A DNA stretch of 64,000 bases. Origin: Casimicrobiaceae bacterium. Lineage in GTDB: Bacteria > Pseudomonadota > Gammaproteobacteria > Burkholderiales > Casimicrobiaceae. The stretch's first letter is position 1. The number at the start of each line of letters is the position of its first letter. The stretch is from the NCBI GenBank assembly GCA_035541655.1, contig DATKMY010000155.1:9398-73397 (forward strand), written 5' to 3'. The position numbers and the translations under genes were made by a program. Shown here piece by piece: positions 9,553-18,858 of this stretch. The notes beneath the pieces were generated by a model, which had not been told where the DNA came from, ran no database searches, and saw only the letters and a program-made list of their open reading frames with translations.

Positions 9553-10546
9553 CGAATTGGTCGGCGCGCAGTTCGAGCTCCTTCGGGATCGCGAGCCCGA
9601 GCGCAGCCGCGGTACCGCGATTGATCACCAATTCGAGGACCGTCGGCTGTTCGATCGGGAGATTGCCGGGTTTCGCGCCCTTCCAGATCTTGTCCACGTA
9701 GTTGGCGGCGCGGCGATAGTGCTCGGTCAGCTCCTGTCCATAGCTCATCAGGCCGCCTGCCTCGGTCATTTCCCGATTCGAGTAGATCGTCGGCAAGCGA
9801 CTGCGCAGCGCCGACCTTATGATCCGCTCGTGGTGGACGTCGAAGTAGGCATCCTCCGCCACGACAAGCGCCTCGGATTGCGCTCTTGCCATGGCGGCGA
9901 AGCCTGCGTCGATTTGCGTTTCCGTGCTTGCTTCGACGGGGAGCACCTTAACGCCGAGCGCGTACGCGGCCCCCTGCACCTGCTCGAGTATGAGCGAATC
10001 GCTGGGATTGAGCGGATTGATCAAGACTGCGAGGCGGGACAGCCTTGGAACGGCAGCGCGTAAAAGCTCGAAGTGCTTGACGCTGACCTCGGTCACGATG
10101 TTCGACAGCCCCGTGATGTTTCCGCCCGGCCGAGAAAGGCTCGCCGCGAATCCCTCCCCGACCGGATCGGGCACGGCGACCATCACGATCGGAGTCGTCG
10201 CCATCGCCTGACGCGCCGCCTGGACGGACAGCGTGGTTCCGGCAATCACGATGTCGACCTTGGCGAGCGCCAGCTCCGATGCGAGACCCGCCAGGCGGCC
10301 GTATTCGCCGTAGGCATAGCACCACTGGACGCGATGATCGCGGCCGTCGACATACCCAAGTTCGGACATTCCCCGGCGAAAGCCCTCGTACATGCGCATC
10401 GATGCCGAGCCGGGGGCGAGGAAACCGACGCGCCGTTCACCAGACTTCGGCTGGGCGCCGACAGCCGGCACGTTGACCAACGCGACCGCGCAGACCACCG
10501 CCCGCAACGCGCCGCGTCGCGATCGAGACATTGGCTCGTTACGCAT
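9545..10546 (-). CDS. ABC-transporter substrate-binding protein (ABC_sub_bind / PF04392-like), orphan
   Basis: C-terminal 333 codons of track ORF 9545..11464(-), starting at ATG 10546 (MRNEPMSRSRRGALRAVVCAV, signal peptide). RVGFLAPGS...DIVIAGTT...IPIVMVAVPDPVGEGFAASLSRPGGNITG matches this family. No permease or ATPase gene is adjacent. Confidence 0.8.
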   Translation of the reverse strand: MRNEPMSRSRRGALRAVVCAVALVNVPAVGAQPKSGERRVGFLAPGSASMRMYEGFRRGMSELGYVDGRDHRVQWCYAYGEYGRLAGLASELALAKVDIVIAGTTLSVQAARQAMATTPIVMVAVPDPVGEGFAASLSRPGGNITGLSNIVTEVSVKHFELLRAAVPRLSRLAVLINPLNPSDSLILEQVQGAAYALGVKVLPVEASTETQIDAGFAAMARAQSEALVVAEDAYFDVHHERIIRSALRSRLPTIYSNREMTEAGGLMSYGQELTEHYRRAANYVDKIWKGAKPGNLPIEQPTVLELVINRGTAAALGLAIPKELELRADQFVG

Positions 10547-10702
10547 GGTGTCGGGCCCGAACTGAGTCTGTTTCGCCGCCCGCGCTACATCGCAGGCACC
10601 ACCTAAACCAAAACGCGACCACGGATCGTTCCGGAATCGGCCTTCGCGACCAGCTTTCCCGTATGCTAGGACAACCGCCCGACCCAGCCAAGTTGGAACG
10701 CG

Positions 10703-11749
10703 ATGGAACTCCGCCTGAACCAGCTCGCCGCGCATCTCGCCCGCACGCTCGCGCCGATTTACGTCGTGCACGGCGACGAGCCGCTGCTCGCGATGGAAGC
10801 GGGCGACGCGATCCGGGCGGCGGCGCGGCGCGCCGGGTGCGAGGAGCGCGAAATCCTGGTCGCCGAGCCCGGGTTCAAGTGGGATGCGCTGATGGCGGCC
10901 AGCGCCAACCTGAGCCTGTTCGGCGCGAGGAAGCTCGTCGACCTGCGCATTCCTTCGGGGAAGCCGGGGGTCGACGGCGGACGCGCGCTTGAATACTGCG
11001 CCGCGAATCCGAGCCGCGAGCAGACGCTGCTCGTCACGCTGCCGCGCCTCGATCGCGCGACGCAGGGCGCCGCTTGGTTCTCCGCGCTCGCCGATGCGGG
11101 CGCGTCGATTGCGGTCGCGCCGCTCACCGCGGAGGAGCTGCCGTCGTGGATCGCCGCGCGTCTCGCATCGCAGAAACAGCACGTGGGGCGCGAGACGCTC
11201 GCCTTTCTCGCGCAGCGCTGCGAGGGCAACCTGCTGGCGGCGCGCCAGGAGATCGAAAAGCTCGGACTGCTCCTTCCCGAAGGCGACCTCGATGCCGAAG
11301 CCGTCGAACGCGCAGTCACCGACGTCGCCCGCTACGACGTATTCCAGCTCTCCGAAGCGTGGCTCGCCGGCGACGCCGCGCGCGTGCTGCGCATCATCGC
11401 GGCGCTCGAAGCGGAAGGAGAAGGCATACAGCTCCTGCTCTGGCAACTCTCCGAGGACATCCACGCGCTCGCGTTGGTGCTGGAGGCGCGGGCGGCAGGT
11501 ACGCCCGTCGCGGTCGCGATCCGGAACGCACGCGTCTGGGGAAAGCGGCAGGCCGCGATGGAGCGCGCCGCACGACGGCTCGACATGGATGCGATCGCCG
11601 CGCTGCTCGCCGCCCTGGCGCGGCTCGACGCGCTCTCGAAAGGCATCGGCCGAGGCACGGCGTGGGACGAGCTCCGGACGACCGCATTGACGATGGCAGG
11701 CTCGCTCGCGCTGCCGCTGCCGGCGCCGGCGCTGCCGACAATTCGCTGA
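10703..11749 (+). CDS. holA: DNA polymerase III subunit delta
   Basis: MELRLNQLAAHLARTLAPIYVVHGDEPLL... is a typical HolA N-terminus. 348 aa. Expected gene order after lptE. Confidence 0.85.
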   Translation: MELRLNQLAAHLARTLAPIYVVHGDEPLLAMEAGDAIRAAARRAGCEEREILVAEPGFKWDALMAASANLSLFGARKLVDLRIPSGKPGVDGGRALEYCAANPSREQTLLVTLPRLDRATQGAAWFSALADAGASIAVAPLTAEELPSWIAARLASQKQHVGRETLAFLAQRCEGNLLAARQEIEKLGLLLPEGDLDAEAVERAVTDVARYDVFQLSEAWLAGDAARVLRIIAALEAEGEGIQLLLWQLSEDIHALALVLEARAAGTPVAVAIRNARVWGKRQAAMERAARRLDMDAIAALLAALARLDALSKGIGRGTAWDELRTTALTMAGSLALPLPAPALPTIR

Positions 11750-11774
11750 GCGTCGGACCCACCGCGCCTGCCGG

Positions 11775-13172
11775 CTACGGCGCGATCGGATCGCAGATCG
11801 CCCGGCGCTCGCTCAGCGCGCAGGTCGTCATCGGCGTCCCGCGGAAGTCGTGCGCGACCATCCGCCAGCGCCCTCCGTCGCGCTCGATCGTCAGGAAGCC
11901 GAATCGGTTCGACGCGACGATGCCCGCGACCACCGCGCCCGGCGCGGGCGTCGTGGCCGCCGGCAACGGAATGGGCAGCGGCGGGTCGATCCAGTCGCCG
12001 CCGTTGCCCGCGACGAATTGCGGCGGCTGCGGCGTCGCGAAGGTGACGACTTCGAACAGGTGGACGTGGCCCGACAGCAGCGCCTGCACGCTCGGCGGGA
12101 AGAGCGCCGTCGGCTGTAATCCGTCGAGCGCCGATTGCAGCGCGCCGTTGCCGGGGTACGGCCTCAGCGGCTTCGCCGGGTTCGGCGCGAACGCGAGGAT
12201 CGGATGATGATTCATGAAGAACGTGTTCGGCCGCCGCGCTGCGAGCGCGAACGCGGCCTCGAACTGCGCGCGATAGCGGATGTACATCGGGTCGGTCGCC
12301 TTGAGCGGCGCGACGCCGACCAGCGACGAATCGAACACGATGAACTGCATGTCGACGTCCGGGCCCGAGCCGAACGGCACCGCATAGGGCTCGCTGTAGT
12401 CGCCGGTCGAGTCGTCGGCGGCGACGTTGCAGTCGCGGTGCGGTGCGAGCGGACGCGGATCGAGGAACCGCCACCAGCCCTGCCCCGCGCGATTGCACGA
12501 TTCGTGGTTGCCGCGCACGACGATCCACGGGGCGGCCGCGAAGAGCTTCGCCGCGGGCGCGAAGACGTCGGCCTCCCACGTGTCCCAGCCATAGCCCCAC
12601 GGGCTCCCAGCGCATCCCGCGTTCGACAGCGGACAGGCGTTTTCGCGGTAGTGATAGTCGCCGACGTGAATGACGAGATCCGGCTGCACGTCCGCGGCGG
12701 CGCTCGCGACCTGCGGGAACGGCCACAGCGCGGGATCGTTGCACGCCTGGAAGATGTTGTCGCCGGTCTTGATCCGGCATCCGGTGTCGCCGATCACGAC
12801 GATGCGCCGCGGATGCGCGACGGGAAGCGGAAGCGCGCGATCGAGTACCATCGCGCGTGCGACGCCGGCGGGGATCGCCTTCTCGCAGGTGAGCACCGGG
12901 AACGCCGACGGCTTCGACTGCGCCGGCGGGCTGCGCGTCGGACGCAGCGGAATCGTTGCGGGGGCAGCGCGCACGTCCATCTGCGTCGCCACGCCGTCCA
13001 ACTCGATCGCCGGACACACGGCATCCCCGGTGATCACCCGCGCCACGGCACGGCCTTCGTCGCCGAGGACGACGTAGGCGTAGAGCGGCGCGCCGCGATC
13101 GGCGTCGCGCGTGAGGGCCGCGCAACCGGCCAGAAGTGCGGCGAGCGCGCAGCCCAGCACGACGCGGCTCAT
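11775..13172 (-). CDS. metallophosphoesterase lipoprotein
   Basis: Lipobox LLAGCA. Metallophosphoesterase motifs VVIGDTGC, HVGDYHYRE, VVRGNHES, LLSGHVHLFE. The start overlaps the rsmE stop (ATGA). Confidence 0.8.
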   Translation of the reverse strand: MSRVVLGCALAALLAGCAALTRDADRGAPLYAYVVLGDEGRAVARVITGDAVCPAIELDGVATQMDVRAAPATIPLRPTRSPPAQSKPSAFPVLTCEKAIPAGVARAMVLDRALPLPVAHPRRIVVIGDTGCRIKTGDNIFQACNDPALWPFPQVASAAADVQPDLVIHVGDYHYRENACPLSNAGCAGSPWGYGWDTWEADVFAPAAKLFAAAPWIVVRGNHESCNRAGQGWWRFLDPRPLAPHRDCNVAADDSTGDYSEPYAVPFGSGPDVDMQFIVFDSSLVGVAPLKATDPMYIRYRAQFEAAFALAARRPNTFFMNHHPILAFAPNPAKPLRPYPGNGALQSALDGLQPTALFPPSVQALLSGHVHLFEVVTFATPQPPQFVAGNGGDWIDPPLPIPLPAATTPAPGAVVAGIVASNRFGFLTIERDGGRWRMVAHDFRGTPMTTCALSERRAICDPIAP

Positions 13173-13906
13173 CGCAGGTCACCCCAGCGCGCCTGGACGA
13201 GCGCGAGTCCGGCAGCCGCCGCAGTCTCGGTGCGCAGCACGCGCGGGCCGAGCGCAATCGCTTCGAATCCCTTCGCTTGCGCCGCTGCGGCCTCGCGGGG
13301 ATCGAATCCGCCCTCGGGACCGTTCAGCAGGGCCAGCGGCGACGCGCGAGGATCGATCGATGCGATCGATTGCCGGGCGCCGGGAACCAAGAGAATGCCG
13401 CTCCCGGCCCATTCGCGCAGCCAATCCGCGAAGGGCCGCGGCGGAGCGACTTCGGGGATCCGATTGCGGCCGCATTGCTCGCAGGCGGCGATCGCGACCT
13501 GGCGCCAGTGCGCGAGGCGCCTCCCGGCGCGCTCGCCCGCGGGCAGCGGCGAGCTGCGCGAGGTGACGAGCGGCTGAATCGACGCGACGCCGAGCTCGGT
13601 CGCCTTGCGGAGCGCCGAGTCCATGGCGTCGACCGCGGCGATGCCCTGCGCGAGCGTCACGGCGAGCGGCGACTCCCGCTCGACTCGCACGAAGCGCAGC
13701 ACGCGCACCGTCGCGCCCCGCTTGTCGACGCGCTCGAGCGTCGCATCGAACTCGCCGCCGCTGCCGTCGAAGAGCGTGAGCGAGTCGCCGGCGGCGAGCC
13801 GCAGTACGCGCGTGGCGTGGTGCGCCGCGGCTTCGTCGAGCTCGAGCGCTTGGCCGGCGCTGGCGGCGCCGATCGGTGTCGAGCTGTAGAAGCGCGGCGC
13901 GCCCAT
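13169..13906 (-). CDS. rsmE: 16S rRNA (uracil1498-N3)-methyltransferase
   Basis: MGAPRFYSS...LDEAAAHHATRVLRLAAGDSLTLFDGSGGEFDATLERV... and the C-terminal LGPRVLRTETAAAAGLA are typical RsmE. Confidence 0.9.
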   Translation of the reverse strand: MGAPRFYSSTPIGAASAGQALELDEAAAHHATRVLRLAAGDSLTLFDGSGGEFDATLERVDKRGATVRVLRFVRVERESPLAVTLAQGIAAVDAMDSALRKATELGVASIQPLVTSRSSPLPAGERAGRRLAHWRQVAIAACEQCGRNRIPEVAPPRPFADWLREWAGSGILLVPGARQSIASIDPRASPLALLNGPEGGFDPREAAAAQAKGFEAIALGPRVLRTETAAAAGLALVQARWGDLR

Positions 13907-13925
13907 GTCGCGGCATCCGATCGCG

Positions 13926-14771
13926 CTAAGCGACGGGCGCGACGAAATCTAGACCGCAATCGTCGTTTTCCGGGCGAAATCCGATCCGCGCGTAGATCGC
14001 GTTCGACGTCGGGTTCGCGATGTCGGTCGTGAGGAAGAGCTTCCGCTTGCCGCGCGTGAGAAGCTCGCGCGAGAGCTCGGCGACGAGCGCCGTTGCGTAT
14101 CCGCGCCCGCGGGCTCCGGGAATCGTGTAGACGGGCGCGATCCGCGCGAAGTCCGGCGCCGCGTCGTTGTAGCCGACGTATGCGACGCGGGCGCCGTCGT
14201 CCCAGATCCAGAAGTCGCCTCGAGCGACACGGACGGGCATGAACTCGCGTACGCGCTGCGGGGAATCGGTCAGGCGGACTTCGGCGATGAACGCGACCTG
14301 CATTTCGATCAGCCAATCGACGTCGCCGGCCTCCGCAAGCCGCGGCGCACCGGGTGCGCCCGGCACCGCGTTGACCGCCGTCAGCTTGTGCTGGCGCAGC
14401 CGCACGCGGAGCCGGTGTGCGCGTCCCGTGAGGTCGCGCCAGCGTTCGGCGAACGCTTCGCAGCCGGCAGGGGCGCCCATCACGCCCTGGAGCTCGGGCC
14501 AGTCGCCGGCAAGGTCCTCGGCGAATGCGCGCGCCGCGGCGACGTCGCTCGCGCCGATCAGCACGGGGCCACTGTCGCGCTGGATCGCCACGCCGATACC
14601 GTCGTCCCCGCTGCAGCTCGCGAGATAGACCCGCTCGCTCGCTCGCGGCGGCGTGCGCTTCAGCGTATGAGCGGCGCCCGCGAAAAAACTCGCGGATGCC
14701 TCGCCACGGGCCGCCATCGGCAGCGCCGCTTCGAGGAATGCGTCGGGATCGGTGTGGCGCACGACCTGCAT
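13926..14771 (-). CDS. GNAT family N-acetyltransferase
   Basis: C-terminal acetyl-CoA binding region IAPVYTIPGARGRGYATALVAELSRELL...TDIANPTSNAIYARIGF. Confidence 0.75.
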   Translation of the reverse strand: MQVVRHTDPDAFLEAALPMAARGEASASFFAGAAHTLKRTPPRASERVYLASCSGDDGIGVAIQRDSGPVLIGASDVAAARAFAEDLAGDWPELQGVMGAPAGCEAFAERWRDLTGRAHRLRVRLRQHKLTAVNAVPGAPGAPRLAEAGDVDWLIEMQVAFIAEVRLTDSPQRVREFMPVRVARGDFWIWDDGARVAYVGYNDAAPDFARIAPVYTIPGARGRGYATALVAELSRELLTRGKRKLFLTTDIANPTSNAIYARIGFRPENDDCGLDFVAPVA

Positions 14772-14852
14772 AGCGGCACGGCTTTGGAAAGGTGCTAGGA
14801 TTTCGGCGATTATTCTGACACAGCCTCTCCCCTTCCACGAACGAGCACGTCA

Positions 14853-15407
14853 ATGGTGAGCCTCACGACCCCTGCCGGCGAACGCAAGTTTCGTGCGGCG
14901 CCCTTCGACCTCCTCGGCGTCGACGGCAAGCGGCATTCCCTCGACTCGGTTCGCGGCGACAATGGCACCGTCGTCATGTTCATCTGCAACCACTGCCCGT
15001 ACGTGAAGGCGGTCGTCGGCAAGATCGTCCGCGACATGAACGAGCTGCGGCGTCTCGGCATCGGCAGCATCGCGATCATGAGCAACGACGTCGCCGCCTA
15101 TCCCGACGATTCGTTCGAGAACATGAAAGTCTTCGCCGCGCAGAACCAGTTCGCGTTTCCCTACGTGATCGACGACACGCAGGAGGTCGCGCGCGCGTAC
15201 GACGCCGTGTGCACGCCGGATTTCTTCGGCTTCGACCGCGATCTGATGCTTGCCTACCGCGGCCGCCTCGACGCCTCGGGGCGATCGAGCGATCCGAACG
15301 CCGCGCGCGAGCTCTTCGACGCAATGGTCGGAATAGCGAATACCGGCAAGGCGCCCGCCGTCCAGCACCCGTCGGTCGGCTGCTCGATCAAGTGGAAGCG
15401 GGCGTGA
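14853..15407 (+). CDS. thioredoxin-fold thiol-disulfide oxidoreductase family protein
   Basis: CxxC site in VVMFICNHCPYVKAV. Conserved AVCTPDFFGFD region. Confidence 0.8.
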   Translation: MVSLTTPAGERKFRAAPFDLLGVDGKRHSLDSVRGDNGTVVMFICNHCPYVKAVVGKIVRDMNELRRLGIGSIAIMSNDVAAYPDDSFENMKVFAAQNQFAFPYVIDDTQEVARAYDAVCTPDFFGFDRDLMLAYRGRLDASGRSSDPNAARELFDAMVGIANTGKAPAVQHPSVGCSIKWKRA

Positions 15408-15462
15408 GCCTGCCGCACGGTCGGGCATCCGCCAATCCGCGGCGACGGCCTCCGACGAGCGG

Positions 15463-16188
15463 CTAGCCTGCGCTCGCCGCTTCTTCCTGCAGAAATTCGA
15501 GAACGGCATCCTTCGGCATGGCGCCGTGGCCGGCGTTGGGGACCACGCAGAGGCGTGCGCGCGGGATGAGCCTGAAGAGTTCGACGGCGTGCTCGGGCGT
15601 GACGATGTCGCGATCGCCGATGACGAGGAGGACCGGCGTGCCGATGCTCCGCAATTGCTCGTTCGTAAGGCTCGGTTCGCTGATCCACAGGGATTTGAGG
15701 CGGCCCAGAAAGTCGGGCCAGTGTTTCGCACCGTCGGGAGACAGACGCCGGTAGTCGTCCGTAACGCGCGACCTGGCGGGATCGAAGGCTTGCAGGAGCT
15801 CCTGATGCCTCCCGGTGTAGCCGTCAAAGCGGGCATTCGCGCCGGTGACTGCGAGTTTGGTCACGCGCCCGCGGTGATGGATCGCCATGTCCAGGCCGAT
15901 GATGCCGCCGTCGCTGTAGCCGACGACAGCGGCGCTCTCGATCCCGAGTTGGCGCATCAGCTCGACCGTGTCCTCGGCCATGTCGTGATAGTGGAACGGG
16001 CGATCGACTCGATCGGCAGTGCGTCCGTGTCCCATCTGCTCCGGCGCGATCACCCGGAATCGGGGCGCGAAGAACGGAATCCATTTCTCGGGGATCGAAT
16101 CCGATCCGCCGTGGAGCAGCAGCAACGGCGAACCCTCGCCGTGGATCTCGTAGTACATGTCGAGGCCGTTCACCGCCGCGTAGGGCAT
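15463..16188 (-). CDS. alpha/beta hydrolase
   Basis: LLLLHGG oxyanion region, nucleophile elbow GYSDGG, C-terminal NAGHG. Confidence 0.8.
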   Translation of the reverse strand: MPYAAVNGLDMYYEIHGEGSPLLLLHGGSDSIPEKWIPFFAPRFRVIAPEQMGHGRTADRVDRPFHYHDMAEDTVELMRQLGIESAAVVGYSDGGIIGLDMAIHHRGRVTKLAVTGANARFDGYTGRHQELLQAFDPARSRVTDDYRRLSPDGAKHWPDFLGRLKSLWISEPSLTNEQLRSIGTPVLLVIGDRDIVTPEHAVELFRLIPRARLCVVPNAGHGAMPKDAVLEFLQEEAASAG

Positions 16189-16206
16189 TGACCGGGCCTC
16201 GACCGA

Positions 16207-16995
16207 TCAGACGAACGCGCGCAGCGCGTCGAGGACGGCGTCGGGCTGCTCGGCCATCAGCGAGTGGCCGCAGTCGGGCAACTCGACGACGCGCGCGTCG
16301 CGAAGCGCGTCGGTCAACGCCCGCGCGTTCTTCGGCGGCGCCATGATGTCACGCGCGCCGACGATCGCGAGCGACGGGCAGCGCACCTTGGCCGCCGCGG
16401 CCAGCGCACCGGCGTAGGCGTTGCAGGCCGCGAGGTCCACGTGCAGCACGCCCGGCTTCGTCCGCTCGAGGAGCCGCATCGCGTTGCCGGTGAGCCAGAC
16501 GCCGGGCATCGTGTTGCCGCCGAGCTGCTTGCCGGCGCTGAACGACCAGCCGTTGATCAGCTCGAACGCGACGTGGTCGTCGCGCTTCGCAGCGTCGAGC
16601 AGCACGTCGGAGACCGCCATCGGCGCTGCAGGGCCGAGGAGCGCGACGCGCGCAACGCGCGCGGGATGCCGCGCCGCGCATTCGAGCGCCGCCAGCGCTC
16701 CCATCGAGTGGCCGACGAGCACGGCGCTTTCGATGCCCGCCGCAGCGAGGAGCGCCGGAATCCATTCGGCGATCGCCTCGACGGATCCGAGCGCGGGTCC
16801 CGCGGAGCGTCCGTGCCCGGGCAAGTCGACCGCGAGCGCATTCCTGCCGTGATGCGCGAAGTAGCGCGATTGCAGCGTCCAGACGCTGTGATCGTTGCCG
16901 GCGCCATGGACGAAGGCCATTCCCGGCAACCCGGGCTCGAGCACCCTCCCGCCCGTGTACGCGTAGACGTCGCGGCCGGCAACCTCGAGACGCAT
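16207..16995 (-). CDS. alpha/beta hydrolase
   Basis: C-terminal 262 codons of track ORF 16207..17466(-). The ATG at 16995-16993 overlaps the metY stop (TGATG). FVHGAGNDH, nucleophile elbow GHSMGA, C-terminal CGHS. Confidence 0.8.
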   Translation of the reverse strand: MRLEVAGRDVYAYTGGRVLEPGLPGMAFVHGAGNDHSVWTLQSRYFAHHGRNALAVDLPGHGRSAGPALGSVEAIAEWIPALLAAAGIESAVLVGHSMGALAALECAARHPARVARVALLGPAAPMAVSDVLLDAAKRDDHVAFELINGWSFSAGKQLGGNTMPGVWLTGNAMRLLERTKPGVLHVDLAACNAYAGALAAAAKVRCPSLAIVGARDIMAPPKNARALTDALRDARVVELPDCGHSLMAEQPDAVLDALRAFV

Positions 16996-18299
16996 CAGAT
17001 CTTCCCCGCCGCGTAGAGCGCGCGGCTCAAATCTTCGATCAGGTCGTCGGGATTCTCGAGGCCGACCGAAAGACGGATCGTCCCCTCGGTGATGCCGGCG
17101 TTCTCGAGATCGGCAGCCGACATCCGGAAGTGCGTCGTGCTCGCCGGATGAATCACGAGCGACTTCGCGTCGCCGACATTCGCGAGATGCGAAAAGACCT
17201 TGAGCGTCTCGATGAACTTCCGCCCTTGCTCGCGCGTGCCCCCGAGGTTGAAGCTGAACACTGCGCCACAGCCTTTGGGCAGCAGCCGCTCCGCAAGCGC
17301 GCGATCGGGATGGCTCGGGAGCTCCGGATAGCCGACCGCGGCGACCATCGGATGCTCGGCGAGGAATGCGACGAGCTTCCGCGTGTTGTCGACGTGGCGC
17401 GCCATCCGCAGCGGCAGCGTCTCGATCCCCTGGAGGATCTGGAACGCGGTGAACGGCGCCATGCACGCGCCGAAGTCGCGAACGCCCTCGCGCCGTGCAC
17501 GCAGCAGGAATGCGGCCGTCGTCGATTCCTCGGCGAAGACCATCTGATGGAATCCCGCATACGGCTCGGTCAGCGTCGGAAATTTTCCGCGCGAGGCTTC
17601 CTGATTCCAGTCGAACTGCCCCGAGTCGACGAGGAGCCCGCCGATCACCACACCGTGGCCGGAGAGGAACTTCGTCGCCGAGTGATAGACCAGATCGGCG
17701 CCCAGCGCGAACGGCTGCATCAGATACGGCGTCGTGAACGTCGAATCGACGAGGAGCGGCAGCCCGTGCTCATGCGCGAGCTCGGCCACGCGCGGAATGT
17801 CGAGGACGTCGAGCCCCGGATTGCCGAGCGTTTCGCCGAAGAGCATCCGGGTGTTGGGGCGGATCGCCGCGCGCCACGCCTCGATGTCGCGCGGATCGAC
17901 GAACGTCGTCTCGATGCCGAAGCGCGGCAGCGTGTAGTCGAGCAGATTGTGCGAGCCACCGTAGAGCGCACGCGAGGCGACGATGTGCGAGCCCGCGCCT
18001 TGCAGCGTGACGATCGCGAGATGCAGCGCTGCCTGCCCGCTCGCCGTCGCGATCGCACCCACACCGCCCTCGAGCGCGGCGATCCGCTCTTCGAGCACCG
18101 CGCAGGTCGGATTGGAGATCCGCGAATAGAGATGACCGGCGCGCTCCATGTTGAAGAGTGCCGCCGCGTGGTCGGTGTCGGGGAAGACGTAGGACGCCGT
18201 TTGATAGATCGGCGTTGCGCGCGCGCCCGTCGCGGGGTCGGGCCTCGCGCCGGCATGCAGCGACAGCGTGTCGAAGTGCGTGGTCCGGGGCTTGGTCAT
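16995..18299 (-). CDS. metY: O-acetylhomoserine aminocarboxypropyltransferase / sulfhydrylase
   Basis: 434 aa from ATG 18299 (MTKPRTTHFDTLSLHAG...). Contains the PLP-lysine region YHSATKFLSGHG. Full-length Cys/Met-metabolism PLP enzyme of MetY type. Confidence 0.9.
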   Translation of the reverse strand: MTKPRTTHFDTLSLHAGARPDPATGARATPIYQTASYVFPDTDHAAALFNMERAGHLYSRISNPTCAVLEERIAALEGGVGAIATASGQAALHLAIVTLQGAGSHIVASRALYGGSHNLLDYTLPRFGIETTFVDPRDIEAWRAAIRPNTRMLFGETLGNPGLDVLDIPRVAELAHEHGLPLLVDSTFTTPYLMQPFALGADLVYHSATKFLSGHGVVIGGLLVDSGQFDWNQEASRGKFPTLTEPYAGFHQMVFAEESTTAAFLLRARREGVRDFGACMAPFTAFQILQGIETLPLRMARHVDNTRKLVAFLAEHPMVAAVGYPELPSHPDRALAERLLPKGCGAVFSFNLGGTREQGRKFIETLKVFSHLANVGDAKSLVIHPASTTHFRMSAADLENAGITEGTIRLSVGLENPDDLIEDLSRALYAAGKI

Positions 18300-18410
18300 T
18301 GGCCGCTCTCTCGGGGGGATCGCGTCTCCACTCGCGCCGCCTATGGTAGCGTAGAGGCCGGGCGCCGATGCATTAAACTGCACGCTTGCCCCATCGCCGG
18401 AGGACTCGAC

Positions 18411-18842
18411 ATGCAACGCAGGGGAAATGCACGTTGGCAGGGCACCGCACAGGAAGGCAGCGGCGCACTTTCGGTACAGAGCGGAACCTTGCAGGACACC
18501 CCGTACTCGTTCAAGGCGCGCTTCGGCGACGGCAAGGGGACGAATCCCGAAGAGCTCATCGCCGCCGCGCACGCGGGATGCTTCACGATGGCGCTCTCCT
18601 TCACGCTCAACAACGCAGGCTTCACCGCGAGCGCCATCGAAACGGAGGCACAGCTCACGATGGACCCCGTCGACGGCAAACCCACGATCAAGGCGATCCA
18701 TCTCGTCACCCGAGCGCAAGTTCCGGGAATCTCCGCGCAGCAGTTCTCGGAAATCGCGTCGAACGCCAAGGTCAATTGCGTCGTCTCCCGCGCGCTGTCG
18801 CCGTCGATCACCGTGACGATGAACGCAACGCTCGCGTCGTAA
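18411..18842 (+). CDS. osmC: OsmC family peroxiredoxin
   Basis: 143 aa from ATG 18411 with a GGAGGA SD. Carries both catalytic Cys regions, AHAGCFTMAL and KVNCVVSRAL. Confidence 0.85.
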   Translation: MQRRGNARWQGTAQEGSGALSVQSGTLQDTPYSFKARFGDGKGTNPEELIAAAHAGCFTMALSFTLNNAGFTASAIETEAQLTMDPVDGKPTIKAIHLVTRAQVPGISAQQFSEIASNAKVNCVVSRALSPSITVTMNATLAS

Positions 18843-18858
18843 GCCGATCGAAAGCTCG

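Noticed and set aside
18300-18410. SAM-type riboswitch or MetR box upstream of metY, in the 111-bp divergent spacer shared with osmC.
   Set aside because: I recognised no SAM-II or SAM/SAH-like pseudoknot sequence and no TGAA-N5-TTCA MetR dyad. The spacer is short and mostly taken up by two divergent promoter/SD regions.
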